DNA of 39,532 nt from Alloascoidea hylecoeti (taxonomy: Eukaryota). Positions 1 to 10,831 of the stretch are shown here, one piece after another. Made by a program: the position numbers and the translations under genes. The stretch lies in assembly GCA_001600815.1 (NCBI GenBank), contig BCKZ01000007.1, forward strand, positions 744,001 to 783,532, given 5' to 3'. The notes under the pieces are model-generated. The model was not told the DNA's origin and did not search any database. It worked only from the letters and a program-made list of their open reading frames with translations. Every line of letters starts with the position of its first letter. Position 1 is the stretch's first letter.

Positions 1-648
1 TAGAATTCATAATGCTAATGACTGGTGAAACAGCTAACGGTTGGAAATTTTGCATGCCTAGTTACGAATCAAAACATCACCAATTGAATGGGATCAGTCT
101 CTTAGTTAGAATCTGTCACTAACTTTAATATTTGATGGAAGAGAGGTACCTAGATTATGTGTAACCGTGTATTTGGTTTTTCCAGCATACAGACTCAATT
201 ATGTCAATAATAAGAAATGTTTTTTTATTAAAATGGTTATTTGTACTGTGTTATTTTTTCTTACAAACATATGAGGTGAATTCCTCAGTTTATATATGTG
301 TTGCTATATAATAATATGAAAGTAAGAATTTCCAAAGTAGTCCAAATAAGTGCCAATATGGAATGCCGGAATAGTTTGTTGACAATTATTTCAATTAGTG
401 CCTTTTTACAATATAATAAGCTATGTATTCTCCCGATCACTGAGCAGGTACTATGATTTAAAGGTGTACCAGCTATAAATACAGTATTTCCATTAATTAT
501 AGTAGTCTCGAAACACAATTATTACAGTTAAACTAGCTTTTAAAGGTAAAAAATATTGTTAAAATCAACAAAATGATTGATAGTAAGTCAGAAAGGATTT
601 CTCGACTTGGGGAAAACCCTCCAACTAGCTATAAAACAAATTTACTTT

Positions 649-997
649 ACAGGAGGAAAAGGAAAGTCAACTTCGTATGATCATAGTTCTACCAATAGAT
701 CAAGTCTCATTTAGAGAGAGCGGATGTGATTTTCCTTGTCGGTAGAATAAATAGATTTCTGAAAAAAAGGTCTTAGCAGTGTTACAGTTGACTAGGAATG
801 ATGCCAAAGATCTCAAGGTTAAAGGAATATCACTTCGTCACTTACACTACAGTACTGTTTGCCATTCAAGGAGATAAGGGGTTATGTTCCTTTATTAGGG
901 CAACTATTCATATTAATCAGGTTTGATGATTTAACTTGTTGTAATACTGTTTCTTCCAATTTTCACACTCTGGGTTTTATTGCTAAAAATAGAGAAA
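649..997 (+). pseudogene. HTZ1: Degenerate unprocessed copy of histone H2A.Z (HTZ1 pseudogene)
   Basis: Colinear with the reverse complement of HTZ1 at 9349-9826: TGGKGKSTS from 649, ADVIFLVGRINRFLKKR (720-770; live gene [17 protein letters not shown]), NDAKDLKVKGISLRHL (797-844), FIRATI-HINQ (to 920), an intron remnant starting GTTTG at 921, then VLLLKIEK (974-997). Disabling changes: no ATG, TAG at 774-776, internal deletions (about 65 nt and 21 nt), frameshifts, and the 3' splice TAG changed to TGG. Confidence 0.93.
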
Positions 998-1447
998 ACC
1001 CCTACGAGCGCGCGTAAACATTTTGACAAGCTTATAATTAGTCCTTGGTTTTTTTTTTTTTGTTTAACTTGCAATTGGATTGATTGTGTTAGCTTGTTGA
1101 TTTGACTCGTACTTCTTTTGAATATTAATCAGTATTTCATTATGTTCAACTTAAAGTATAATTTATGTATTATTATTATTTATTGACATATTTGGGATTG
1201 TATATTATATTGAAATATAGCATATACATATATTTATCAATATCGATCACTACCAATTGAGAAGATGCTTATAGTTTAAATACGTCGTGAACCTTAACTA
1301 TATCTTGTAATCAGCAGTATTGCTTATGCACATAAGTCGATTGTCACTTGCAAGCTTAATTAGCTTCTAATCTTTTACACTCTCCCAACAGTAGTTTCAA
1401 CTTTGCTTTCGTCCATTCAAATACACCCACCTCTTTTATCACTTATA

Positions 1448-1954
1448 ATGAAACTCAAGTCAATTTTTTCAGCTTTAGCTTGGGCCACCTTGGTCTCTAC
1501 TTCCTCCATCAATTCACCCATTCTCAATCGTTTATGGGCAGGAATCGACAATACCCCCATTAGCGGTGGATCTCCAGTACAACTTTGTGATGAGTCTGAA
1601 CCCCAACTACTTACCATCGATTATATAAAAACCCTTCCAACCAAGCCAGAAAGAGGAAAGAACTTGACCGTTATTGCTGGTGGTTACGTCTCTAAGCAAA
1701 TCCCAGAGAAATCATACGTCTATGTTGAGGTTAAATATGGGTATATCAAGTTAGTACAAGAGTATTTTGATTTATGCGAACAGTTAGGTAATGTCGACTT
1801 AGAATGTCCTGTAAATAAAGGTTATTTATCTATTTCTAAAGAGGTTGAAATTCCACAAGAGGTCCCCCCTGGAAAATATCTGGTTACTGCAAGAGCTTAC
1901 ACTCTAGCCGACGAGCTCATCACCTGTTTAACTGCTAATGTCGAATTTCCGTGA
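1448..1954 (+). CDS. NPC2: NPC2/ML-domain sterol/phospholipid transfer protein (168 aa)
   Basis: First ATG at 1448 gives MKLKSIFSALAWATLVS (signal peptide). ML-domain motifs: PERGKNLTV, VEVKYGYIKL, DLCEQ..VDLECP, EIPQEVPPGKY, ITCLTA. The ORF-track start at 1403 is a non-ATG extension. Confidence 0.93.
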   Translation: MKLKSIFSALAWATLVSTSSINSPILNRLWAGIDNTPISGGSPVQLCDESEPQLLTIDYIKTLPTKPERGKNLTVIAGGYVSKQIPEKSYVYVEVKYGYIKLVQEYFDLCEQLGNVDLECPVNKGYLSISKEVEIPQEVPPGKYLVTARAYTLADELITCLTANVEFP

Positions 1955-2299
1955 GCAAATTTAAAGATTATTGAAGGTTATATATTTATAATGTAACAAA
2001 GATAATAGCAAAGTTTGTTGATTGTAATTTTAATTAGCTACAGGCATACAACGAGCTTAACATTAATACTAATTATAGATCTGATTATCATACTGATATA
2101 TAATATACAGTGTAATGTGGTTCCTTGTTGCCATAAACTTGTAGATATCTATATAATAGTTGTAATTACAATCGCAAGAAGTTTTAGATTGTTTTTTCTT
2201 GGCATAATTATAATTACATAATATATAGGTGACGTCATGTAATTGGTGTATGCATTTACCGTGAATTCGATGGGTTCTTTTATTACAATTCGTAGAAAT

Positions 2300-2524
2300 A
2301 TGCTCTAGACTTCGTTTAATATTGGCATAATTAAAAAGCGAATTTCAGTTGATAATTCATATTCATCAATTGGCCGGTATTTATTGATCAATATAGCCGA
2401 AAATTAGTGTATCATGTGACTGTTATTTTCTTTACCGGCAAATAATGGGCGAATATTTAGTGATCAATCATACGGCTGAATAACTACTGCATAACATGGC
2501 CGAAGTTAAGTGAAATGATTAATG
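2300..2524. mobile_element. Degenerate MITE-like element, GGCCGAA family (ends approximate)
   Basis: Carries TGGGCGAATATTTAG (2446-2460) and CATGGCCGAAGTTAAGTG (2495-2512), matching the right arms at 25625-25666 and 28681-28770. A weak inverted left arm lies near 2310-2351, with TA at 2525-2526. Confidence 0.6.
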
Positions 2525-3343
2525 TATAATCATTGATTAAACATAAAGCCCTTCAACGCGTGACTCTTAACAATTCGATTCCCATATAGTGTTGAGATAT
2601 CATAACATCAACTATATTTGAAACAAAATAGTAAGTTGTAATAATATACATTGATAATGCTACTTTTCTTTTCCCGAATGCGAGTCTAATGGCCCAGAAT
2701 TGTACCAATAAGTGTAGCAAAACGGAAATTTCACATACTACCAAAATTCAAAAGCCGTTTAAATTCAGAGCAATAACCAATTAAAATATACAAAATGACT
2801 AAGAATAATTGGTGCATATAAGTATTATATACTACTCCATGAATATTCTGTCATTTTTAGCAAATATATATTGAAATGGTTGAAGTTTCTGCAAAGAAAT
2901 GGGAAGCTACGTTATATGAGTCTGAAAGCAACCAAGCATTTTTATAATTTAATTCGCAGTATCTCAATTAAACCCTTGTTAAGTTGGATGTATAACGATC
3001 GGGGATTTCCTTTTGGTTACATAACTTGCATTAGGAAGGTTTTTTGGCATAAGTTGATATCATATCAAGTATTAGCAATGCAATTGTGATTTTTTTATTT
3101 TTTTTCTTTAAATTATTATATAACTACACTCTAGTAATTTTTACAAATAATTATAAATAATAAAAAGACATAAACACACGAACCTCATCATCCAAAAATT
3201 TCCTCCTCCATTAAATACTTTTCGAATAGAGTATAAAACTGATATCGATAATCAGACATATTATATTGCCATAGAGCAGCACTTCTTTTACGATATTCTC
3301 AAATTTCGAATAAAGACATTAGCTAATACCAATAACTCAATTA

Positions 3344-5185
3344 TTAAACAAAAAGAAAGAAAGCAAAAAATAAACCCCATGCTAAAAATGCTGCTGTTGA
3401 AAAGGGTTGAAGTCTTATACCAGCGGCTACTGTTGACGAACCATTAGTCATACCAGTTTCAGTAAAGTTCATCTCAACACCAGATTCATCATAATTACCT
3501 GACCAACAATATTGAGTAAAACATTTCTTACATTGATCACTTTGTTCATCTCCCCTTCTTTCTTGTTCACGTCGAATGATAGCACATGCAACACAAGCAG
3601 GCCATTCACTGTCTAGTGTCAAATTGTACCTACTTGCTACTTCATAACCATTTTGGATCATAGAGCGTTTATCATCTTCTTCATACTTTAGGGTGAATGT
3701 TGAAACATTTGATGGGTAAGAAAATGGCCTATTGGCGATATAAATAACTAAAGGTGGAGTATGTGATAAATCAGTTAAATTTGAAGCATTACAACCAAAA
3801 AATGCAGGTCTGGCTGTCATATTCAAATTTAAAAATGACTTAACATCCGGAACATATGGGAAAGAGGTCTTATTTCCCTGAGTACCAAATTGTCTTTCGT
3901 ATGTTGAAACAAGAGATGTTCCATTAGGCCAATAATAATCAGTATCTGCTGAGTTATCGAATGCAAAGATTAAATCAACATCCCGCTCTTCCTGAAGCAA
4001 TGGATATAATGGGACATTTTGTCCATCTTCACCACCATCAACTAGAGATAAAAAGTCAGCGCTTGTAATTTTACTCAAATCATTAAAATCAGTGAACGGA
4101 TTTGGTGCATAAATGGCAATATCATCGTAATTCTCTCCTAAATCGGATAGAAAATTAACAGCCAAATCATATAATGATCCTGAAAGTGAAGTTGAATTGA
4201 TTTGTAAAATAAATTGGTTGAATAAAGTTGATGAAGTACCCAAAATGAAGCCAGCATTATCAAAACCAGCAATACATGAGCCATTGACTGATTCACCTTT
4301 CGTAACATTAGTACCTAAATATTTGACATTGGTGAAAGCTTCTAGAGAAGGATCCCAAGTCCCTAGTTCAAAGGGACTGATTTCAAAAACAGTAGAGTTT
4401 AGATTGATAATGGTGGTATCAGGAGATCTTCCATCGGCTACCATAATTGGAAAAGGCATGTCATAGTTAGTAAAAGCATCCATTTCCTGGATTGTAGACC
4501 AGGTATAGGCAGCGGTTTCTTCAACGGACATATCGAAGAAATGTTGTGCTAACATTCTACCCCATGGATCAGTTAAAGAAACATTAAATCCAGCGTCTCT
4601 TTTATCGTCAATGTCATCAGAGATTTGGTCCCAAAAAGCAGCTGTTTTTATGACATTTAAACCACCTGGATTATATAGTTGATGTTCAAGGTTCCATATT
4701 CCAGAATCAGGTTCCAAAATCTCTTGGACAGAAGTCCAATTATTCATAACTAAGGTACCAACAAACCAATTTCCTCCGGATAAACCGGTAATATAAGTTG
4801 ATGCTTGCACAATTCCGCCTAGGCCGGAAGTAGTTGAATTTGTAGTTCTATTATCAAGGGCTGAGAATTGACCAGCCCCACATAACATTGCACGAAGACC
4901 ACCACCAGAAAAAGACATTCCAATATTGAGAGAAACATTCGATAAAAACGTCTCGTAATCGAAATCTGTGAGGTTAGCCCTCGAAAAATAGTCTAGCATC
5001 GCGATATCAGTGACATTATGTCTCTTTGCAACCCAAGCCTTTTCTTTTGAGCTGAGCCCACTTGAAGACCTAACCAGAGTGCCATTTGAAGGACAATCAA
5101 CTACACCTGGAGCATATGAGTCTGTCGGAGACCATGCCAGGGTAAAGGGAACCGTTACAAGAAGTGATAAAACACCAATTTTCAT
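3344..5185 (-). CDS. PLB1: Lysophospholipase / phospholipase B, secreted and probably GPI-anchored (613 aa)
   Basis: Signal peptide, WSPTDSYAP, SGGGLRAML, catalytic GLSGG, LVDGGEDGQNVP, many N-glycosylation sequons and a hydrophobic C-terminal tail. The specific PLB paralog cannot be resolved. Confidence 0.95.
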   Translation of the reverse strand: MKIGVLSLLVTVPFTLAWSPTDSYAPGVVDCPSNGTLVRSSSGLSSKEKAWVAKRHNVTDIAMLDYFSRANLTDFDYETFLSNVSLNIGMSFSGGGLRAMLCGAGQFSALDNRTTNSTTSGLGGIVQASTYITGLSGGNWFVGTLVMNNWTSVQEILEPDSGIWNLEHQLYNPGGLNVIKTAAFWDQISDDIDDKRDAGFNVSLTDPWGRMLAQHFFDMSVEETAAYTWSTIQEMDAFTNYDMPFPIMVADGRSPDTTIINLNSTVFEISPFELGTWDPSLEAFTNVKYLGTNVTKGESVNGSCIAGFDNAGFILGTSSTLFNQFILQINSTSLSGSLYDLAVNFLSDLGENYDDIAIYAPNPFTDFNDLSKITSADFLSLVDGGEDGQNVPLYPLLQEERDVDLIFAFDNSADTDYYWPNGTSLVSTYERQFGTQGNKTSFPYVPDVKSFLNLNMTARPAFFGCNASNLTDLSHTPPLVIYIANRPFSYPSNVSTFTLKYEEDDKRSMIQNGYEVASRYNLTLDSEWPACVACAIIRREQERRGDEQSDQCKKCFTQYCWSGNYDESGVEMNFTETGMTNGSSTVAAGIRLQPFSTAAFLAWGLFFAFFLFV

Positions 5186-5714
5186 TTCCTTTATTTTGTA
5201 TAAAAATAATTTTCAGAGAAATGGGAAATAGTAGCATTAAATATAATTTTAAACGACTTTCCAGCCAACTAGTAATTATAACTACTACTGTAGGAGCATT
5301 AAATTTATTTTATTAGAAGTAAATTTTGCATTATGCACGGCCCGCCGGATTCCCTATAATTCCGAATACCTCTATTGCAGGGTTGTCTAACTTGTTTAAA
5401 CCTCCTCTCCAAAATAACGATGGTTGGTCCTAATGAATAAGATTGATACTATGAAAACCTTATACCAGCAGGCACTCAATTAAAAAAGCATTGTATGCAG
5501 CACGCGGCGCTGAACCTAAAATTATACGTTGCAGGATCAATTGGGATGCCAAATGTTATGTTATCGTTATCCCAACGATTGGGGCCATGTTTATGAAATT
5601 AATAGTACTAGTCATGAATCGTGATTCTATATTGATGATCAATATGTACTCAATTATCATAAGATCTTATATAATAATAAAGTATTCACCCAATATGCCA
5701 AGTTGCCAACTATC

Positions 5715-7995
5715 CTAATCAATGGGAATGATGTCATTCAATTTAAGTTCATCATCATTAATACTAATATCACTATTCTCCGTTTCTTTTCCCTTTCCTT
5801 TTCCTTTTCCTTTTTCCAATGGTAATTCTAATTCATTTGATCCCGCCACTTCCCATAATGGTGCCCATACTCCTTCACTTAGTCGGACCTCATACATCGG
5901 AGTTGAATTGAAAGAATCCTCAGTGCCGGTTGTAACCGGACGTACCGGAAGCGCCGTCCAATCATCCGGGATGGAGAAATTACCAGGGATGATAATTTCA
6001 TCGGATGATAAGTTTGTCCTAGAAATACTGCTTTCATGGCCACTTTCATTAATATTCCCAGGGTTACTGATATTCCGTTTGAGTGTAGGTGTAGGAACAG
6101 GTGTATCCGAACTGATATCGGGTATCAGTGTCGAATTAAGATGTGGTTCTGGAGAAGAAAATGAGGATGTCGAGGTTTCTTGATTTTCTATGACGTTGTT
6201 TGATTTTTTGATTTCAGCCACTCGTTTAGTAAATGCTTCAACATCACCATTCGCAATAAAATCCCTAGCGGCTAAATTCAATTGATCTTCTATATGACTA
6301 TGGCTTTGATTGTGTACAGGAGAATAATCTGATGAACCCGTTGATGTTGCTGAGAATCTACCAAGATTATTTTCATTATTTCTTGTTCTTTCAACGGGGC
6401 TTTGCAATGAAGATTGTAATGCATTATCACCATTTTCACCAAGATTTTCGTTTTGATTTTGATTTTGATTTTGATTTTGATTTTGATTTTGATTTTGATT
6501 TTGATTTTGATTTTGATTTTGATTTTGATTTTGATTTTGATTTTGNNNNNNNNNNNNNNNNNNNNNNNNNNNNNNNNNNNNNNNNNNNNNNNNNNNNNNN
6601 NNNNNNNNNNNNNNNNNNNNNNNNNNNNNNNNNNNNNNNNNNNNNTTTTGATTTTGATTTTGATTTTGATTTTGATTTTGATTTTGATTTTGATTTTGAT
6701 TTTGATTTTGATTTTGATTTTGATTTTGATTTTGATTTTGGTTTTGATTTTGGTTTCGATTTGGATCTTGATTTTGGTTTTGGTTTTGATTCATTGCAGC
6801 GGGTTCAACCGGAGTATTATCAAATACAGCGGCCCTGCAAACAGGACATCGTTGAGATCTTTCTAACCAACCTCTAAGACAACTATAATGAATAACATGA
6901 GAGCATGGCAATTTCTTAGGCATAAGTCTTTGATTTGCAATTCCCTCTTCTAATGCCATCTCTTCCCTACAAATAATACAAATATTATTTCTTTCCAAAT
7001 CATCATTATTTGCATTTTCTAATTTGGTATTTAATTCATTTGCTGCTCTTCTATATCGTATTAAATCTCCTATCCTTGTAACAAGCACTGAAAATGATAG
7101 ATATAAATCATGTAAAACATGTAATGGAATACCATATTTCCCAATAAATAATGTAAAGAAACCAGCATAAGAAACTACTCTTATAAAATTAATAGCAATT
7201 TCTAAAACCATCATAAAAACACCTTTATTCTCCATTGTATCTTCATCTTCATGTCTATTCAAGTAAACCATTTCACAAATATTAATAATAACTTTGAAGA
7301 AAAGATATACCAAATCAATTGCTAATAATGCATATTCAAATGCAAACATTAAAAGAGCAGAAGTTCCCTGTTCAAAGGTTTCATTTAAACAATATTGTAA
7401 TAACCAATAATCAATCTGATATAAAACAAATATTGCAACTAAAGATCTACATAATATAACGTCTCTTAATCTTGTTGAAGATTGAAATAAATAATCATAT
7501 CGATCAGTTACAATCCAATGGAATACTCTTAAAAATAATAAAAATATTGATAAGAATGTAAATCGTAATGTAAATTCAGCCCGAAATGTTGCAAATGCAA
7601 ATAAACTATTGGTTATTGTATACCAAGCTCTTTCATAAACATGATCTCTTTCAACTGGTCGTAAATCACCAAATAGTAAAGTTTGAAAGAGTTTCCCCGA
7701 TAAAATGACAAGAACTAAAGACCAATTTCCAAGTATCTAAACATATATATCGGTTAGTTGATTAAAATAAGTTTTAATATAATTTCCATCATTCCACTTA
7801 CAATAAGGTTGAGCCCTTCTGATAACGCTATACAAGCAGAGTAAAAGTTGGGTCGATCACAAAACGCGATAAGAACAGATCCGGCCGCCAATACAGTACT
7901 GATCTATATCAACAATGAGTTAGCATACAAATATACATATTAACATGTGACAAAAAACAGCATACCAAAGCGTAAGGAACAAACTTGACTTGCAT
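5715..7995 (-). CDS. HRD1: HRD1 ERAD E3 ubiquitin ligase; exons 7995-7966, 7903-7802, 7736-5715 (~717 aa, length uncertain because of the gap)
   Basis: Spliced N-terminus MQVKFVPYAL/ISTVL..RPNFYSAC../ILGNW..LFGDLRPVERDHVYERAWY is HRD1-typical. Intron 7965-7904 (GTATGC..TGCTAAC..TAG) and intron 7801-7737 (GTAAGT..AACTAAC..TAG). Multiple TM segments and a RING-H2 CIICREEM..PCSHVIH..CL..W..CPVC. Confidence 0.93.
6451..6790 (-). repeat. (CAAAAT)n hexanucleotide microsatellite encoding a poly-QN tract in HRD1
   Basis: Perfect TTTTGA units on the + strand at 6451-6545 and 6646-6740, degenerate to ~6790, interrupted by 100 N. Confidence 0.97.
6546..6645. other. Assembly gap (100 N, probably placeholder length)
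   Basis: Run of exactly 100 N inside the hexamer repeat. Confidence 0.99.
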
Positions 7996-8174
7996 TATGT
8001 TTATAGATGGAGGTTTATTCAAAGAGCTGACCTGGCTAAATATATTGGGGTTACACCCATACACACATGGATACTGGATTTCAATTAGAATTAGAAAGTC
8101 AAATACTGTAAATATTCATTTTTGCACCATTACTTGTTTTTTAAAAACGGCTTTAGTTCGTGAAGGAGGGATCA
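7996..8174. promoter_or_regulatory. Compact bidirectional promoter region between HRD1 and the OPA3-like gene
   Basis: The divergent ATGs at 7995 (-) and 8175 (+) are separated by 179 bp. Promoter function is inferred from geometry only. Confidence 0.65.
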
Positions 8175-8798
8175 ATGAGTGGCATTTCATTGAAGTTAGC
8201 ATCGGTGTTAATCAGGCAGGTGGCAAAACCAATATCTGTAAGGTTTTAGTGGTTGATTTTCTTTAATTTTGGAACTCTAACAAGCCAGTAATTAACTTTA
8301 GACCGTTATTAAAAATCAAGCGAAACAACACCCCCGATTTAAACACAGTTGTATTAGAGTAGCACAACTAATGCATCGAACAGATGTTAATTTACGAATG
8401 AAATTACTTGGAGAACAAGCTAGTAAAATAAGACCTTTGAATGATGCCAGAGCAGTTGAAAATGGGGCAAATTTCTTATCTGAGGCCTTCATCTTGTATG
8501 TTTATACAGTATTCTTCTATAAGGATCGTATATTATAGGAGAACTACTTAACTAATATTATTAATTTTTGATTTATAGCTCAGTTGCAGGAAGCCTTATA
8601 TTGTTTGAAAGTTATAGATCTCGCAAGAAAGAGACTAAACGAAGAGAAACAGTTGCAGATGATATCCGAGTTCTTCAGCTTGAATTGGAATATCTTAAAG
8701 GAACATTTTCTGATGATCTCCGAGCTCTCCGGAATGAAGTGAAAAGCCTACAACCGGAAACAAAAGACAAAAAAGGTCAACTGTTTGGGCGCGGTTGA
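8175..8798 (+). CDS. OPA3: OPA3-family mitochondrial protein; exons 8175-8237, 8302-8495, 8579-8798 (158 aa)
   Basis: Spliced product MSGISLKLASVLIRQVAKPIS/TVIKNQAKQHPRFK..IRPLNDARAVENGANFLSEAFIF/SVAGSLILFESYRSRKKE has the OPA3 signature. Intron 8238-8301 (GTAAGG..CTCTAAC..TAG) and intron 8496-8578 (GTATGT..AACTAAT..TAG). The ORF track shows only the last exon. Confidence 0.9.
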
Positions 8799-9348
8799 AT
8801 CATGAAGATATGAAACATTCATGACCAATATTAGAAGTTCACAGTAAACTTAAAGATGGAGATGAACCAACAATATTTATAAATAAGTTATATCCAAATC
8901 TTTTAGAGACTGCCACGATATCCATTATATATAAACATCAAATATTAATATTAGAGGAAGTGGGAATACAATTCAATACATAATACATTTATATTTATAG
9001 AATAGTATTATGTGGCTGAACATTATATCTATATTCTTATTTATACATGCTCAAAAACAAACATTTATCATCATTTATCGATATCCATTGATAATTATAT
9101 AGTAGACCCCATAAGCATGTTATCTCATAACAAATATAATGGCAAATTAAAAATCATGACTCATGGGAAGCAAAAAAAAACAATTAAACAAAACGCAATT
9201 CCTTTGCAAGCCTAAGATTGATTGCTTGTGAATACTTTGTAATTATGATAATAAACATACAGAAGTGCCAGAGTCAAGCCAACAAATTAAGACAAGCCAA
9301 CCCACAAGTTATACAAAACAACAACTGAAAACTTAATTATAAACTTGT

Positions 9349-9826
9349 CTAGAGGTTTGTGTTTGATGATTTTTTCTTCTCTATTTTCAGCAATAGGGCC
9401 TAGAAAGTAAAAATTTGAATGTTAGAATGTTCGAAGCAATATTAAAGACAACAAATTAAATAAACAAACCTGGTTAATATGTGGTAAAACACCACCATAA
9501 GCAATAGTGGCCCTAATCAAGGAATCTAACTCTTCATCTCCGCGAATGGCCAGCTGCAAATGACGAGGGGAGATTCTTTTTACTTTGAGATCTTTGGCAG
9601 CATTTCCGGCCAATTCCAACACCTCCGCAGTTAGATACTCGAGAACACCAGTCAAATAAATCGCCGCTTTTGCTCCGACACGGGTCTTGTGTTGAGATCT
9701 CTTCTTCAGAAACCTCTTTATTCTGCCAACGGGGAAGATCAGACCCGCTTTCGCTGAGTGGGACTGTGGTCTGTTGACGGATTCGTCATGAGAAGTTGAT
9801 TTTCCTTTTCCTTTTCCTCCTGTCAT
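9349..9826 (-). CDS. HTZ1: Histone H2A.Z; exons 9826-9470 and 9399-9349 (135 aa)
   Basis: H2A.Z-specific [37 protein letters not shown] and [20 protein letters not shown]. Removing intron 9469-9400 (GTTTGT..TTCTAAC..TAG) restores the canonical tail [16 protein letters not shown]. Confidence 0.96.
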
Positions 9827-9889
9827 TTTGCAAATTGTTTTGTTGCGTGCAGGTAGAAAGGATGTTCTCGGCTATTTTCATACGGTAAG

Positions 9890-9924
9890 TTACCCGCCCC
9901 TAGTATTGTTTGGAAGCACGTGAT
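9890..9924. promoter_or_regulatory. Reb1-like (TTACCCG 9890-9896) and Cbf1-like (CACGTGAT 9917-9924) motifs upstream of HTZ1
   Basis: Matches to S. cerevisiae general regulatory factor consensus sites 65-100 bp upstream of the ATG. Binding in this species is assumed, not shown. Confidence 0.4.
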
Positions 9925-10831
9925 GAAGTTTCTGAGATAATTGTATCAAGTCTGGGAATTTGGTAGTCTCAGACCTTTCTTGTCAATTGTATTCTAAAGA
10001 TGTTCTCTTTAAATTTAAATTGTAAAAGATAAATCTAGATCTTCTTCTTTTGGGATTAAACTGTTGGGTTTTTCTCACATCATCCCCACAAAATTCTATG
10101 AAGATAAGATTAAGTTTAAATATCTGAAGCTTTATAGTGCGAGATGATCAAAGTTTGTCTCTATATTATTATAGTTAACCTTCATGAATATATTCTCAGT
10201 CCGGAAAGCTCTAAAATTGAATAAAATAACAACATTACTTTTTTGCTTTCGAATATTAATAATGAACATCACCAATGAAATTGTAGAATTTCATATTGAG
10301 TGATTAATATTGATACAGTTAACTTTAATACATAGTTTATATAAACATATCGTAATCCTTTTTAATAAAACAAGAATCTGCATATAAGACTAAAGGACTT
10401 GGCCATTTCAAACACCATATTGTGATCTTCAACTTTATTATAGACTTTAAAATTGACGTTGAATTTGACATTACGTGTATGATTCTTGTTATTGGTTATG
10501 ACCAGATTTTTCCAAATTTTGATATTCTTAATCTCTAATATTTTAATCGATTAATTCTGTGGTTTCGGAATATATAAAGTGTTTTTTAAGAAATATGATG
10601 TGTATAGGTCCTATAGGATTACAAAACAAGATAGAACAAGATCGAAATTGAATTATATACGACGAGAAGCTTTATTATGAAACTTACGTGTACGCGGTTC
10701 AAACTTGGTTCACATATTATATAAAAGTTTAATGTTTAATGTTATATAAAATAGAAAAACATACAACATCCATGCTCTTTTTTTTTTTTTTTTGGTATAA
10801 TATATCATATAATATATATCATGAAGTTTAT

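Noticed and set aside
6332..6877. Plus-strand ORFs encoding poly-(FD) and poly-(IL)
   Set aside because: Antisense readings of the HRD1 QN hexamer repeat, with no independent coding evidence.
8799..8983. Coding-looking stretch after the OPA3 stop (PILEVHSKLKDGDEP...)
   Set aside because: Preceded by stops, with no ATG or convincing splice path and no recognised motif; treated as 3' UTR.
9422..9826. ORF-track 134-aa unspliced H2A.Z as the main product
   Set aside because: Splicing 9469-9400 restores the conserved ALLLK tail. The unspliced form is kept only as a possible isoform.
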